Origin: Phycisphaerae bacterium
GTDB taxonomy: Bacteria; Planctomycetota; Phycisphaerae; UBA1845
Direction: 5' to 3'
Length of the DNA stretch: 64,000 nucleotides
NCBI GenBank assembly: GCA_963666835.2
Contig: CAXXGO010000001.1
Coordinates: 96,001 to 160,000, forward strand
The position numbers were made by a program, and so were the translations under genes. Within the stretch, counting starts at the first letter, position 1, and each line of letters starts with the position of its first letter. Below the pieces are notes generated by a model, which worked only from the letters and a program-made list of their open reading frames with translations, was not told the origin of the DNA and ran no database searches. Shown here one piece after another: positions 1 to 13,236 of the stretch.

Positions 1-2423
1 GCAGCAAAGACTACTGTGAGTGCTTCGAGTGTGATGAGGACGAGGACTGTGACGACGGCGACCCTTGTACAGGAGTGGAAACCTGCGATCCGGGGAGTCT
101 GTCCTGTCTGCCGGGAACGCCGGTCGACTGCTCGGCATGGACGGATGACTGCTATGAGGGTGTGTGCGATCCGGATATCCCCGGCTGTTCGGGAACGGAC
201 TGTTGCTGGGCGAGAGTGTGGGACATGTTCACCACCCCGTGCGACAACGACACCGATTGCGCGTCTTACCCGCACACTACGTGCAACCTCGATACGCACT
301 ACTGCTGGGGGCCGGCCAATGCCTGCGAGGATGGCGATCCGTGTACGTTCCTGGACACGTGTACGCACGAAGGTGCCTGTATCGGCTTCTTGCGTGACTA
401 TGGGCCGATCGACTACGTCTGGTACGCAGACGATACCGAGGTATCCGTTGATGACTACGTGTACCTTGAGCTAAAAGCTGCTCCGAATGACGGCGGCGAC
501 TATCAGCCGTCGGTGTTTGAGGCCGTGCTGGCGTGGGATCCGACCGTCCTCGAATTACTGGGGGTCAATGACCCGTGCACGACAGCGCCTATTCCGGCGG
601 GCTGTACGAGGTGCGAGACCCACGCGGATTGCGATGGCACGCTGTGCCAGTGCGAAGGTGGCCCGCCGTGCCTCAGCGGCGGCGAGGTACCGCAGCCGAG
701 CGGGATCTGCCTGAACGGCCTGTACGAGTGGTTCTCGGAGGGATTGGCGACGGGCCCGTCCGATCCGGACGGCCTCAATGACGATTGGTCGGATGGCGAC
801 GCGTATTACTTGGCACTGGGGCAGCTTCTGTACGAGGATCCGCCGGTGTTTGACGGGGAACCACCCCTTTGGCTGACGACGTTTGTGTTCCAGGCGGTCG
901 GCTATGGGGATACGGATGTAGAGTTGATTTCCTGTACGGGGGACTGGCCGACGGAAAGTCAAATACTCGCAAACTCCACGCATTCGGTGGGAGAACTGCC
1001 GTCGGTTGAGGTGTCGGTGGTCGAATGTTATAACGCTGGTGATTGTGACGACACCGAGGTCTGCACAGAGGATTCGTGTGTTGCAGGTGCGTGTGTATAT
1101 GATCCGATTCCGGGATGCTGCCACGACGCCGGCGACTGTGATGATAGCGCGGATTGCACCGCGGATACCTGTGTGCCCGGCACACCGTACGATCACTGCG
1201 CCTATGAAGACCTGTGTACTGACAATGGTCTGTTCTGCGACGGGGTGGAGCTGTGTGATGTCGGCAGCAATAGCTGCGTGAGTTCGGGGGATCCGTGCGC
1301 TCCGTTCGACTGTGACGAGGTGACCGATACTTGCGACGTGACCTGCGAGCCGCCGCTGGTCGAATCGGTCGGGTCGCGATATCTCGCCATTACCGCACAG
1401 CCGAGGATCAGCGCGGCGGAAGTCAGTTTCCGGGTGACGTCGCCCGACTGGGCGTGCCTGGATAAGTACGTCGGTGGGGTGACCCGCTGCGCGGCCGGCG
1501 GAAACCGGTGCTTCTCCGATGCGGAGTGCAACTACTGTGACGGGCCTTACGGCGGACCTTGTACGAGCGACGCGGATTGTAAGACCTGTGGCGATCCGGG
1601 GAACACGCCGTGCGAGGATAGCTTGGATTGCCCCGCGGGTGGTTACGTGTGCGAACAGAACGAGTTGTGTGTAATCACCGGCGATACGTGCGAACCGACC
1701 TCACCGCTCGATACCGTCGATATCGACGGGGATGGTCTCGTAGACGGCGTAGTCGCCGGCTTGGTTTCCGACCCGGCGGATGCGGCCTCATTGACCCCCC
1801 AGGAGTGGGGTACGCAGTACTTGCGCTGCTCCGTCTCGTTCGACCCCTGCGTGGTAGACGGGGACTGTGACGTCGGAAAATGCAGCATCTCGGAGGGAAT
1901 GTGCAGTATTGCGGCGGAAGACTGTAGGAACGTCTGCAGCCTGTCCGGTTACGAGTGCGAGAATGACGGGCAGTGTATTGGTGGCGCTGGTGATACTTGC
2001 ACGGTTCTGCAGACCTGTGAGGACTTTGAGACCTGCGAGCCGGGACGGATATACCTGAGCGGACCGGATATCATCCCCAGTGAAGCAGGGACGGTTACGC
2101 GGTATCACGTGCAGGCCGATTGTGGCGGCCTGACCGGTGCGGTAGAGGCGACTATGAGGCGCTGGGGCGACAGCGACGACAGCGGTATCGTCAATGTCAC
2201 CGACGTTCAGTTGGCCTTGTTCGGCTTCCAGGGGCGCTACAATGTGGCTGACCCGCCTAGGACGAGAGCTGCGGTGGACGTTGTGGGGGCCCGGGTGTGC
2301 GTGCCCGATCTGATCGTTTCGTTCACTGACGTGATGCGGGTCCTGGCCGCGTGGCGAGATGCGGCGAGTTATAACCCGGGCGTCTTGGGTGGCTCGGCAG
2401 ATTGCGATGTCCCGTGCCCGTAA
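1..2423 (+). CDS. Large Cys-rich secreted protein (5'-partial) with cohesin-like domain and C-terminal dockerin-like domain
   Basis: The frame is open from base 3 (SKDYCECFECDEDEDCDDGDPCT...). Many C-D-D-G-x-x-C-T-x-D repeats; cohesin-like segment (VSVDDYVYLEL...EAVLAWDPTVLELLGV...LTTFVFQA); C-terminal Ca-loop pair (GDSDDSGIVNVTDV...PDLIVSFTDV). Confidence 0.75.
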   Translation, partial: SKDYCECFECDEDEDCDDGDPCTGVETCDPGSLSCLPGTPVDCSAWTDDCYEGVCDPDIPGCSGTDCCWARVWDMFTTPCDNDTDCASYPHTTCNLDTHYCWGPANACEDGDPCTFLDTCTHEGACIGFLRDYGPIDYVWYADDTEVSVDDYVYLELKAAPNDGGDYQPSVFEAVLAWDPTVLELLGVNDPCTTAPIPAGCTRCETHADCDGTLCQCEGGPPCLSGGEVPQPSGICLNGLYEWFSEGLATGPSDPDGLNDDWSDGDAYYLALGQLLYEDPPVFDGEPPLWLTTFVFQAVGYGDTDVELISCTGDWPTESQILANSTHSVGELPSVEVSVVECYNAGDCDDTEVCTEDSCVAGACVYDPIPGCCHDAGDCDDSADCTADTCVPGTPYDHCAYEDLCTDNGLFCDGVELCDVGSNSCVSSGDPCAPFDCDEVTDTCDVTCEPPLVESVGSRYLAITAQPRISAAEVSFRVTSPDWACLDKYVGGVTRCAAGGNRCFSDAECNYCDGPYGGPCTSDADCKTCGDPGNTPCEDSLDCPAGGYVCEQNELCVITGDTCEPTSPLDTVDIDGDGLVDGVVAGLVSDPADAASLTPQEWGTQYLRCSVSFDPCVVDGDCDVGKCSISEGMCSIAAEDCRNVCSLSGYECENDGQCIGGAGDTCTVLQTCEDFETCEPGRIYLSGPDIIPSEAGTVTRYHVQADCGGLTGAVEATMRRWGDSDDSGIVNVTDVQLALFGFQGRYNVADPPRTRAAVDVVGARVCVPDLIVSFTDVMRVLAAWRDAASYNPGVLGGSADCDVPCP

Positions 2424-2920
2424 CCGTCGGCTTGGGGCGGACCGCACGATGTTCGCCCGGTTGATTGGACCGTAGAATTGACTGATAGACGGGCAGCGGC
2501 TCGCTTTTCGGCGAGACGCTGCCCGCTCTTCGCGCGGCTTGCCGGCCAATGCGGAAAAGCAGCTTGGTCGTCAAGGGATGGTGACGGGCGTCGGGGGCAT
2601 CGCGGCGCTGCACGGGGCCACGATGCCGAGTACGGGCGGGATACGTGATTGCCGCCGTGCGGCCCGCGGCGTCCGGGCTATGCCCCCTGGGCCGGTGTGC
2701 TTCGCAGAGGTCCGTGGCAAGGCTGGTAGCGGGCGGCCATTCTGGGCTGGGCGCCAGATCACCCGCCCGTGCCGTTTGGGTAGGCGGGCGTGAGCTCACA
2801 TGGGAGAAACCTGCATTCCCAGTTTTCTGACGTACGTTCCGAAAGCGATCAGGGCGCGATCCACACGGTGGATTGAGGCGCGTTCACAGGGTTGATGGTG
2901 GGAGCGGTGGCAGGTAGGTG

Positions 2921-2977
2921 AAAGAATCTAAAAAAATCCGGCCGGTGGCTTGACGGGCAGGTCGGTTCTGCTAACTT
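2921..2977 (+). promoter_or_regulatory. rRNA-type sigma-70 promoter
   Basis: A-tract at 2921-2937 (UP-like), TTGACG at 2950-2955, 16-bp spacer, extended -10 TG-C-TAACTT at 2969-2977, directly upstream of the 23S leader. Confidence 0.75.
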
Positions 2978-3029
2978 ACGGGGCTCCGACGCAGTGAGCA
3001 CCCTTCGGTGTTCGGTGGCGTCGGGGTTT

Positions 3030-3043
3030 GGTTCTTTGACAAC
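3030..3043 (+). promoter_or_regulatory. rrn antitermination boxA
   Basis: GGTTCTTTGACAAC resembles boxA (TGCTCTTTAACA) and follows a boxB-like hairpin at about 2983-3027. Confidence 0.75.
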
Positions 3044-3306
3044 TGAAGAAGCGGACGCAAGTCTGCCGGAGACGAGTCGGACCCTACCAGGGGGGCGGCC
3101 CGAATCCGGCAACTGACGAAGGTAATGTGGAAACGAACCACTGGTTCCAGGTGGTCGTGGCCTTGTCCGGCCTGTTTTTTGGGGTCGGAAATTGGTGCGA
3201 CTGCCGAGGAAACTCAAGCGCTGGAAAGTCGGCTTGGCTATCAGCGATGCTGCCTCGCGAGCGGCGGGTGATAAGCCCGTGCGATCGGGTGACAGCCTCT
3301 CATGAG

Positions 3307-6204
<2,898 letters not shown>

Positions 6205-6300
6205 GCTCTCATGAGTGGCTGTCAAGTCGATTTCCAACGCGGTTGGTTTGCATAACACCGACGTCAGGTGCGTCCGTTTCTTCAGGTGCCAAAGAACAAC

Positions 6301-6340
6301 AAAGGCCCGTGCCGGTCTAACCGGTGCGGGCCTTTTGCTT
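6301..6340 (+). terminator. Rho-independent terminator of the 23S transcript
   Basis: AAAGGCCCGTGCCGGT-CTA-ACCGGTGCGGGCCTTT stem-loop followed by a T-rich tail. Confidence 0.85.
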
Positions 6341-6403
6341 GCGCCAAGACCGGGCGTTAGCGGGATTCCACGCCTACGCCCGAGCGTGCTCAGACTGTGA
6401 AAG

Positions 6404-7798
6404 GTGAACGGTATGGCTGCGAAGATCCGGCAGGGGATTGTTGGGGGAGTTGTCATTGCCGGGCTGGTTGCTGGTCTGGCGACCACGAGCGGATGTCGGC
6501 GGAGCGACGAAGGCGACAACCGGTCGGCGGAAGCAGGGGGTGTCGTCGACCGGCCACCGGCTCCGGACTGCGTGCAGCGCGTTGACTACGTAGCGTGGTA
6601 CTCCGCCCGTCATTTCCAGGGCGATTGGCCCTGCGGCAGGGACGTGTACCCGTTTATGTTCGACGAAGATGTCGAGTCGGCGCTCCGAGCCGAGGAAGAA
6701 CTGGCGGATGCGTTGAACGCCGCCAGCAAATCGCCGTGGGCGTCGTCCGAGCTGCCGGGGCTGGCCGAGTATCTGAGGGAGCTCCGCCCCTATCTCGAAG
6801 CCTACACGCACGGCGCGACCTCGGACAACGTTCGTTGGTTTTGCGGCGCAGATACGTGGTGGCCGGAGCCGCATCCGGACTACACCAAGTTCTCGAGAGT
6901 CCTGGGCAAGGCGCTTCTTGCGGCTGCATGGATGGATGCTCCACCCGCAGATCACGGGGCGGCGAGTCTCTTGGAGGCGCTCGCGACGAACTTCCGGCAC
7001 GCCGGACACCTTCGGCATGCCGGTGGCCTCACGGCGTTCTTTGCGAACTCGATCATCCGGCACATGAACTACGAGGCTATCCGGCGGGCACTCAGCACTC
7101 AGCTACTGTCAGGCAAGGATGCGGCCGCCGTCCTTGAGCTGCTGCATTCGGAGGACGAGCCGCGCGGGATCGCGGAGACCTACCGTTGCGAATGGCTCAG
7201 TCTGCTGGACCTTCTCCAGCAACTGCATCCGGGGGGGGAGTTCTCGAATAGGGTGGCGAAGGAGCTCAAGCAGAATGAGTACCTCCCCGCGGGCGGGATG
7301 ATGCTGCGATCGCCGAAGAGAACCGCGACCGGAATCGACAACTGGTTCCGTCCGTTCGTTGAGGCGGCCGAACGGCCCTGGTCTGTCGAGACGTATCGCC
7401 AGGTAGATCAGCTAGCGCGAAAGAGAGCCGACAAGGCGGGCGGCGATTTGTTCCTGAACATTAACCTGCCCAGCCTGGGTCGAACCTACCTGTTCGGAAT
7501 GACCATCGAGACCGAGAGAAGAGGCACGATCGTCATTGCTGCGCTGCATGCCTACAGATACGAACACGATCGCTGGCCGACATCTCTGGATCAACTGGAA
7601 ACGCTGTCGCCCACAATGAGAGTCGACCCCTTCTCGGGACGCGCATTCGGATACGAGCTGCGTGACGACCGGCCCTGGCTGTACAGCGTAGGGCTCGACG
7701 GCGTAGACGACGGAGGCAATCACGACCCGCGGGCCGCCGGGAGCGATCGCAAGAAAGGGCATGACCTGGTGCTCTTCCCCGTTCCTGCGGGTTCTTGA
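6404..7798 (+). CDS. Hypothetical lipoprotein with GspG/pseudopilin-like C-terminal motif
   Basis: 464-aa ORF; hydrophobic N-terminus ending in a lipobox-like TSGC; C-terminal WPTSLDQL...DPFSG...LYSVGLDGVDDGG. Confidence 0.7.
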   Translation: MNGMAAKIRQGIVGGVVIAGLVAGLATTSGCRRSDEGDNRSAEAGGVVDRPPAPDCVQRVDYVAWYSARHFQGDWPCGRDVYPFMFDEDVESALRAEEELADALNAASKSPWASSELPGLAEYLRELRPYLEAYTHGATSDNVRWFCGADTWWPEPHPDYTKFSRVLGKALLAAAWMDAPPADHGAASLLEALATNFRHAGHLRHAGGLTAFFANSIIRHMNYEAIRRALSTQLLSGKDAAAVLELLHSEDEPRGIAETYRCEWLSLLDLLQQLHPGGEFSNRVAKELKQNEYLPAGGMMLRSPKRTATGIDNWFRPFVEAAERPWSVETYRQVDQLARKRADKAGGDLFLNINLPSLGRTYLFGMTIETERRGTIVIAALHAYRYEHDRWPTSLDQLETLSPTMRVDPFSGRAFGYELRDDRPWLYSVGLDGVDDGGNHDPRAAGSDRKKGHDLVLFPVPAGS

Positions 7799-7880
7799 TC
7801 CCCAGCCAAGGGCACCCGTCCACTCCGCCGTATGCGACGTCACGCTGGGGGGTTACCATGCGAGTGGTGCGGCCGCGTTT
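7749..7880 (+). repeat. Repeat A copy 1 (3' end of upstream gene plus promoter-like spacer)
   Basis: Diverged copies at about 15609-15740 and, partially, 18325-18380; all share TATGCG..CACGC..GGGGGTTACCATGC. Confidence 0.85.
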
Positions 7881-7923
7881 ATGGAGCCGGGCAGGGAACT
7901 CAAAGGGGGGGGAGTGGACGAAC

Positions 7924-8409
7924 ATGAACAACACTGGCGAAGGCAACCCGGAGTATCTGCACGGGGCCGAGGCGTCGGAGCAGGCGCGGTTGGAGGCGCA
8001 GGCGGAGATGCTCGGCGGGGCGGAGTTCCTGCCGCCGCTGAAGCCCGAAATGCACGTGGTCGAGGTCGGCTGTGGGACGGGGGCGATTGCGCGGCGGGTG
8101 GCCCGCAAGCTCGGCTCCGGTGAAGTGATCGGTGTCGATCGGCAAGAGGCACAGTTGGAGACCGCCCGGCGACTGGCCGACGGGGACGGCGTGGAGAACA
8201 TCCGGTTCGTGCTGGGAGCGGCCGACGCGCTTGATCTTCCGTCCTCGTCCTGCGACGCGGCGTATGGCCGGTTCATCTTGGAGCACGTGGCCGACCCCAT
8301 GGCCGTGGTGCGAGAGAAGGGACGGGCGAGCCGGCAGAGGCGGGGGCTGGACGGCCGAAATCCGTCCGGCCGTGCGGCACCGGTAGGGTGTGACGGTCTG
8401 TTGCGATGA
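7924..8409 (+). pseudogene. Truncated class I SAM-dependent methyltransferase (5' duplicate)
   Basis: About 7951-8312 is nearly identical to 18461-18824. Similarity stops at MAVVRE and the ORF runs on into unrelated sequence. Confidence 0.85.
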
Positions 8410-8420
8410 GCGTTACGACG

Positions 8421-9578
8421 TTATTGGGAATCAGCGAAAGCGCCGGGTTGTTCACCAGCACCAATGCCCGCGACATCTTCTATCGGACAAGATGCTTCAT
8501 GGAGCATCTGATCGTCTGGGTGCGGAGCAGGTGAGTTACCTCCGTAGAGCCGGCGCACTCGGTAGATCGGGCGTTCGCGGATGTCGTGGTAGATTCGCAC
8601 CAGCAGCTCCGACAGAACTCCAAACAGAACGCATTGCACCGTGAAGAACGCCAGCAGGGCGCTGAGCGTAACGAGGATATTGCGATTAAGATTGAGCCCT
8701 CCTGTCTGGCCGAAGTACCCGTACTTCTGGCCTATGGCAATAGCCAGCAGCGCCAGCGACATCGAAGAAGTCGCGAGGCCTATCTTCCCGAAGAAGTAGA
8801 GAGGCTTGGTCATGTAGGTTCCGAAGAACTTCACCGTGACCAAGTCCAGCACGACTCGTATGGTGCGCCACAGGCCATACTTCGCCGTGCCGCGTATTCG
8901 AGGGCGATGATTGACCACCGCTTCGGTTATTTCAGCTCCCTGCCAGGCGGCCAATGCGGGAAGGAAGCGGTGCATGTCACTCGACAGGCTGACGTCCTCA
9001 ATGACCTCCCGCCGGTAAGCCTTCAAAGTACACCCGAAGTCGTGTATCGGGACGTGGGTGACGAGTCGTATCACGCCGTTGGCAATCTGGGATGGAATGC
9101 GACGGGTGAGCCACTTGTCCTTTCTGCTCTTTCTCCACCCGCTGACAATGTCGCAGGCCGGAGGGCCCTCGAGTTTCGCAAGCAGCATGGGAATATCACG
9201 CGGGTCGTTTTGAAGGTCGGCATCGATCGGTACGATCACGCTGCCACGGCTGTGATCAATGCCCGCGGCCATGGCTGCCGTTTGGCCAAAATTGCGCCGC
9301 AACTCCAGGACCGTGATCCTGGGATCGCTGTTGGCGAGATCCACAAGACGTTCCAGACTCCCGTCAGTGCTCCCGTCATCTACGAGGATGATCTCGTAGT
9401 CGAGTCCGGCCTTTTCAAGAACCTCGTTCAACTCGGCGCAGAGAGGTTGAAGGTTGTCCTTCTCATTGAGAACCGGGACGACAATCGACAGGTCGCACTT
9501 GCCCCCGCGAAGTCCCGGCCGTTCTTTGGCGTCGTTTGTGCGCTCTTTGGATGTCGTCGCAGTCAACATATCGCCCAC
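8421..9578 (-). CDS. Glycosyltransferase family 2 (ArnC/DPM1-like polyprenol-phosphate glycosyltransferase)
   Basis: SIVVPVLNE, VDDGSTDGS, RRNFGQTAA, DADLQNDP, DFGCTLKAYR; C-terminal TM helices. Confidence 0.92.
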   Translation of the reverse strand: MGDMLTATTSKERTNDAKERPGLRGGKCDLSIVVPVLNEKDNLQPLCAELNEVLEKAGLDYEIILVDDGSTDGSLERLVDLANSDPRITVLELRRNFGQTAAMAAGIDHSRGSVIVPIDADLQNDPRDIPMLLAKLEGPPACDIVSGWRKSRKDKWLTRRIPSQIANGVIRLVTHVPIHDFGCTLKAYRREVIEDVSLSSDMHRFLPALAAWQGAEITEAVVNHRPRIRGTAKYGLWRTIRVVLDLVTVKFFGTYMTKPLYFFGKIGLATSSMSLALLAIAIGQKYGYFGQTGGLNLNRNILVTLSALLAFFTVQCVLFGVLSELLVRIYHDIRERPIYRVRRLYGGNSPAPHPDDQMLHEASCPIEDVAGIGAGEQPGAFADSQ

Positions 9579-9618
9579 CCTCTACACAGTTCGCTCAGTC
9601 CGGTAGAACAGAACAATC

Positions 9619-11505
9619 TTACACCTGTGTGAATACGACCAGATTGTCTTCTTCATCTGCCTGAAAACCATCGAGCTGAAACAGGACTCGCGTGTGCGCA
9701 TCGTTGTGCCGCGACAGCAGTTCATAGTGCTTGGCTCGTAGGATCAAGTAGACGGGTCTGTCTTCGCGGAGTCGTTCCCGGACACGTTTGGCAGTCTCCT
9801 GAAACACGGCCCCGGACACGGATTGCCGCTGACGCCGAAGCCCGGCCATTTCGTTGGCATCTATGAGGCGCCGGATCTTCAATCCGGAATAGAATTCGAC
9901 CGAGGCGTTCGGCCGCTTGTCGGCCCAGATGAGTTCATCTTCCGGACTGATACCGTGCTCGCTCAGCCCCTTGATGAGAGCCTGGGCCTCCGCGTTTACG
10001 GTCAAACCCTTTGCGGCCGCCGGCCACATCACCAGCAGGAGAATCGGAACGCCAAGGTTCACAAACACGAACGACACCAGCCGCCGGTTCTGAGCGTAGG
10101 CGAAGCACGCGGCGGTCCACACTAGAAACGCTCCGGAGTAGGCAATCGCATAGGGTTTGAGTAGTTCGGGGTACTGGCGCTCAAGCGCCGCGCCACCGGC
10201 AACCCCGGCGGCGGCTAACAACACCGGCAAGCTGTAGCACGTCGCCCGCCCCAAACGGGCTAACGCCGGAACTGCGCCGAAGAAGAACCGGTCAATCACC
10301 GGCGCCAAAAGCAGGCAGTACGCCGGCATCACCGAGAGCAGGTAATGAGGGCGCTTGAACACGGCCGTGCTGAGGAAACAGGTTCCAACGATCGCCCAGG
10401 TGAACAAGAACGACAACTCCTGTCGCAGCGGCTTGTAGCGCGCCACAAACGGCGACGCAACAGCCTCGGGCACGGAGGCCATGAAAGGCACGGTCAATGC
10501 AAAAACCAACGGGATGTAGTACCATGCCGGGTGCGTCCTGCTGCTGAGTTCTCCCGCATATCGGCCGAGGTACTCGATTCGCCACAGGTCGAGCGCATTG
10601 TCAACGTGCGTATAAACGTACACGGGCCACGCGCCGGCCAGAACCGCGAAGAGAAGAGTTCCGGGCACCAGCCATAGCGTCCGTAGTCGCGAAAGCTGGG
10701 TCTTAAACGCCCAAGCCCAGCGGTGCGCAAGTGGCAAGCGAGGCCCATCTCCCTGCCGCCCCGCCGCAAGAGCAGGAACGGTGACAAACCAGTATACGCC
10801 TAAGGACAAGCCGACAATGGCCAGTGGAAGCGGTGCTTTGGCCAACATGGCCAGGGCGAACGCCGGATAGAACGCGGCCATGGCCCATCTGCTTGGCCGT
10901 TCGTGCATCGCCCCGCGCCAGAAGCATGCGAACGACAGCGTTGTGAATAGGGTCAACACCATATCCACCTGGGCGTTGTGCGAGTAGAAGACTGTGGCCG
11001 TACATCCCGCACAGATGAAGCCCCCAACAAGCCCGCCCCGGTACCCGTACAACATCGACCCAAGCCAGAAGACGACCATCACAGTGGCGAAGCCCGCGAC
11101 GGCCGATGGAAGTCTCGCCGATAAGCTCGTCACCGGCGGCGCGCCGTCCGGCGCCCCCGTGAGCGTGGATGCCGCACCAATCAGCCAGATCCCGAGCGGC
11201 GTCTTACGAACGCGCGGAGCATCGCCAAGTGTCGGAATAATCCACTCGCCGGACTGGATTGAGGAGCGCGCGGCCAGGGCGTTGATAGACTCATGGTCGC
11301 CGAGCGGCGGACCGGAGCCCAGCCCATAGAAACAGGTCACGGCGGAAAGGGCGATCAAGGCTACCAAACCCGCAGTTCTTCGGCCCGTAGGGGTAGAGCC
11401 GGTGTCTTCGGGGCGATCCGAAGAAGTTGCGCACCGCTGACCTTCGGAGTCGTCACTGTGTCGGGTTGAATCGCACGTTGGTGTCACAACCATAGTTCGG
11501 TTCAT
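9619..11505 (-). CDS. ArnT-like / GT39 membrane glycosyltransferase
   Basis: DHESINALAAR...GEWIIP...KTPL...ARLPS, MLAKAP, HPAWYY, KRPHYLL; many TM segments. Confidence 0.88.
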   Translation of the reverse strand: MNRTMVVTPTCDSTRHSDDSEGQRCATSSDRPEDTGSTPTGRRTAGLVALIALSAVTCFYGLGSGPPLGDHESINALAARSSIQSGEWIIPTLGDAPRVRKTPLGIWLIGAASTLTGAPDGAPPVTSLSARLPSAVAGFATVMVVFWLGSMLYGYRGGLVGGFICAGCTATVFYSHNAQVDMVLTLFTTLSFACFWRGAMHERPSRWAMAAFYPAFALAMLAKAPLPLAIVGLSLGVYWFVTVPALAAGRQGDGPRLPLAHRWAWAFKTQLSRLRTLWLVPGTLLFAVLAGAWPVYVYTHVDNALDLWRIEYLGRYAGELSSRTHPAWYYIPLVFALTVPFMASVPEAVASPFVARYKPLRQELSFLFTWAIVGTCFLSTAVFKRPHYLLSVMPAYCLLLAPVIDRFFFGAVPALARLGRATCYSLPVLLAAAGVAGGAALERQYPELLKPYAIAYSGAFLVWTAACFAYAQNRRLVSFVFVNLGVPILLLVMWPAAAKGLTVNAEAQALIKGLSEHGISPEDELIWADKRPNASVEFYSGLKIRRLIDANEMAGLRRQRQSVSGAVFQETAKRVRERLREDRPVYLILRAKHYELLSRHNDAHTRVLFQLDGFQADEEDNLVVFTQV

Positions 11506-12170
11506 CCCCTGCCGGCAGTGCGACCCAGGCGGACGGCTGCGGGCAGGTGTTCCTTGTAGTACCCGATCAGATGTTCCGTCAACTTGCCGCTGCGATCACG
11601 CAGGCCGCAACGCTTCGCCTCCGCTATCGCTTCATGAAGCGACCATCCGCAGTGTTTCACGCGGTATGCGACAATGGCCGCCCCCGTGCGATTTACACCA
11701 GCCGCGCAGTGGACAATGACGGGATGCCCGCGGCGGGCCTCAATCCAGTCGGCGGCCTGGTCCAGCTTGTCATAGTCCGCCACCCCGTCACCCGGCATGG
11801 GGATTAGCCCAAACTCCAGGTTGTGTGCTCGGATCACCCGGAGCTCGGCGGCCTCGTCCGGCTTGCCGGGCCTGAGCCATGTCAGAGCTAGGATCCCTTC
11901 GATGTGGTAATCGTCGACAAGCCCCTCAATCAGGCCCGCGTCCACCTGACCGGAGCGGTATAGCCAGCCCGGCTCAACGACAGCGAACCGCTTGGGCCAT
12001 ACCTTCCAACGGTTGGCATAGAGGACCCGGCCGATACCCGCACACGCCATGACGATTGCGATGGTGATTATGACGCGTTTCGATATGTTCAGCTTTTTCA
12101 CGCTTCTCCTCGCCGGGTCTGCGGTCTCTTGCGTCGAGCTAAGTTGCACTTGTCTCACGGTCCGCCTCAC
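11502..12170 (-). CDS. Membrane-anchored dual-specificity / tyrosine phosphatase family protein
   Basis: LYRSGQ and the CX5R motif HCAAGVNRTG; N-terminal TM helix. Confidence 0.9.
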   Translation of the reverse strand: MRRTVRQVQLSSTQETADPARRSVKKLNISKRVIITIAIVMACAGIGRVLYANRWKVWPKRFAVVEPGWLYRSGQVDAGLIEGLVDDYHIEGILALTWLRPGKPDEAAELRVIRAHNLEFGLIPMPGDGVADYDKLDQAADWIEARRGHPVIVHCAAGVNRTGAAIVAYRVKHCGWSLHEAIAEAKRCGLRDRSGKLTEHLIGYYKEHLPAAVRLGRTAGRG

Positions 12171-12173
12171 ACG

Positions 12174-12866
12174 CTACAGAATTACGGCCATCATTTGCAC
12201 GCTGCCGAGGAGCATCGTCACGGTGGCCAGAAGCAAGGAACCTCCCTGCAACATGGCGGTTTGCCAGGTGAACGTGCCCTTTCGAAAAGCCCCTAGCGGA
12301 AGTAGCAGGGGAGTACCCGCGCGGTAGCGGCGGTGGGCTTCACCATACAGCACTTCCAGGCGCATCTCTTCCCACAGAATCGTGATTGGATAGAACACGG
12401 CGAAGTACACTGATACCAACACGTAGTTTTCCGAGTCTGCCAGCAGAATGCAGAAGCCATACGCAAGAAGGATCGATCCGAAGTACAGAGGATGCCTGCA
12501 AAGTGAATACACGCCATCGGTCGCCAGGCACTCTTTCTTGTGGATGCACCCGAGAGCAGCGAGGCGGAAAGCCAGCCCGGAGGCGATCAGGATCAAGCCG
12601 ATCACGACGTACGCGTTGGGGCGATCCAAGGCGAAAGGACGCTCGCGGAAGTACACCCCCTCGAGCAAGCACCAAGCCGCCACGAGAAACCCGACTTTCG
12701 TGCGCGCTTTCTTGATGAGACGAACAACCGCAATGGCCCAAGGCCGGTCGCTAACTATGCCAACAAGCTTCACACTTGTTGTGTCGGTCTCAACAACAGC
12801 GTGTTGTCTCTCGGCACGGGCAGCCCGTTTGGTGGTCTCAATCTCTTCGGAGGGTGAGTTCGGCAT
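12174..12866 (-). CDS. Isoprenylcysteine carboxyl methyltransferase / PEMT family membrane protein
   Basis: LATDGVYSLCRHPLYFG and EEMRL..LYG motifs. Confidence 0.85.
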   Translation of the reverse strand: MPNSPSEEIETTKRAARAERQHAVVETDTTSVKLVGIVSDRPWAIAVVRLIKKARTKVGFLVAAWCLLEGVYFRERPFALDRPNAYVVIGLILIASGLAFRLAALGCIHKKECLATDGVYSLCRHPLYFGSILLAYGFCILLADSENYVLVSVYFAVFYPITILWEEMRLEVLYGEAHRRYRAGTPLLLPLGAFRKGTFTWQTAMLQGGSLLLATVTMLLGSVQMMAVIL

Positions 12867-13060
12867 TATGTCCTTCTACCATCAGTTACGCGCTCGACGG
12901 GGTCAGTGCCGTCCCTTGGCACTCTGCTCCGCGATCGATACCGCTTCGAATCGGGTGGCCTGCACTTATGCTGCCCTTGATCACGCCTTGTCAAGGATGC
13001 GGCGACTGTGCCACGATGCCCAGGATCATACTGACGGACTGCAACAGCACCGTGACAGAC

Positions 13061-13080
13061 AGATTACAATCCTGTAATCT
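13061..13080. promoter_or_regulatory. cop/cus-box-like response regulator binding palindrome
   Basis: Perfect AGATTACA-ATCC-TGTAATCT between the divergent envelope operon and the response regulator. Confidence 0.65.
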
Positions 13081-13236
13081 TCGGGCCGCGTCCTGAACTT
13101 CGCCCGCCGGCCGGCTATGGTGTTCGTTGACAACGAGCGTTTACCGCTTGCCAGTCGGAGGTCGCCGAGCTAGACTGCCCGTCTGCAGTGGCTGTCCTGG
13201 GACCGCCTCGGGGTTGCTTTAGCTGGAGTCTGCAGG

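Noticed and set aside
6205..6400. 5S rRNA or tRNA after the 23S
   Set aside because: The space is too short and is accounted for by trailer helices and the terminator; no 5S or tRNA motifs are present.
8586..9632. Long antisense ORFs (also 54091-55563, 46696-47721, 40967-42004, 56269-57282)
   Set aside because: They are shadows of well-supported genes on the opposite strand, as expected in high-GC DNA.
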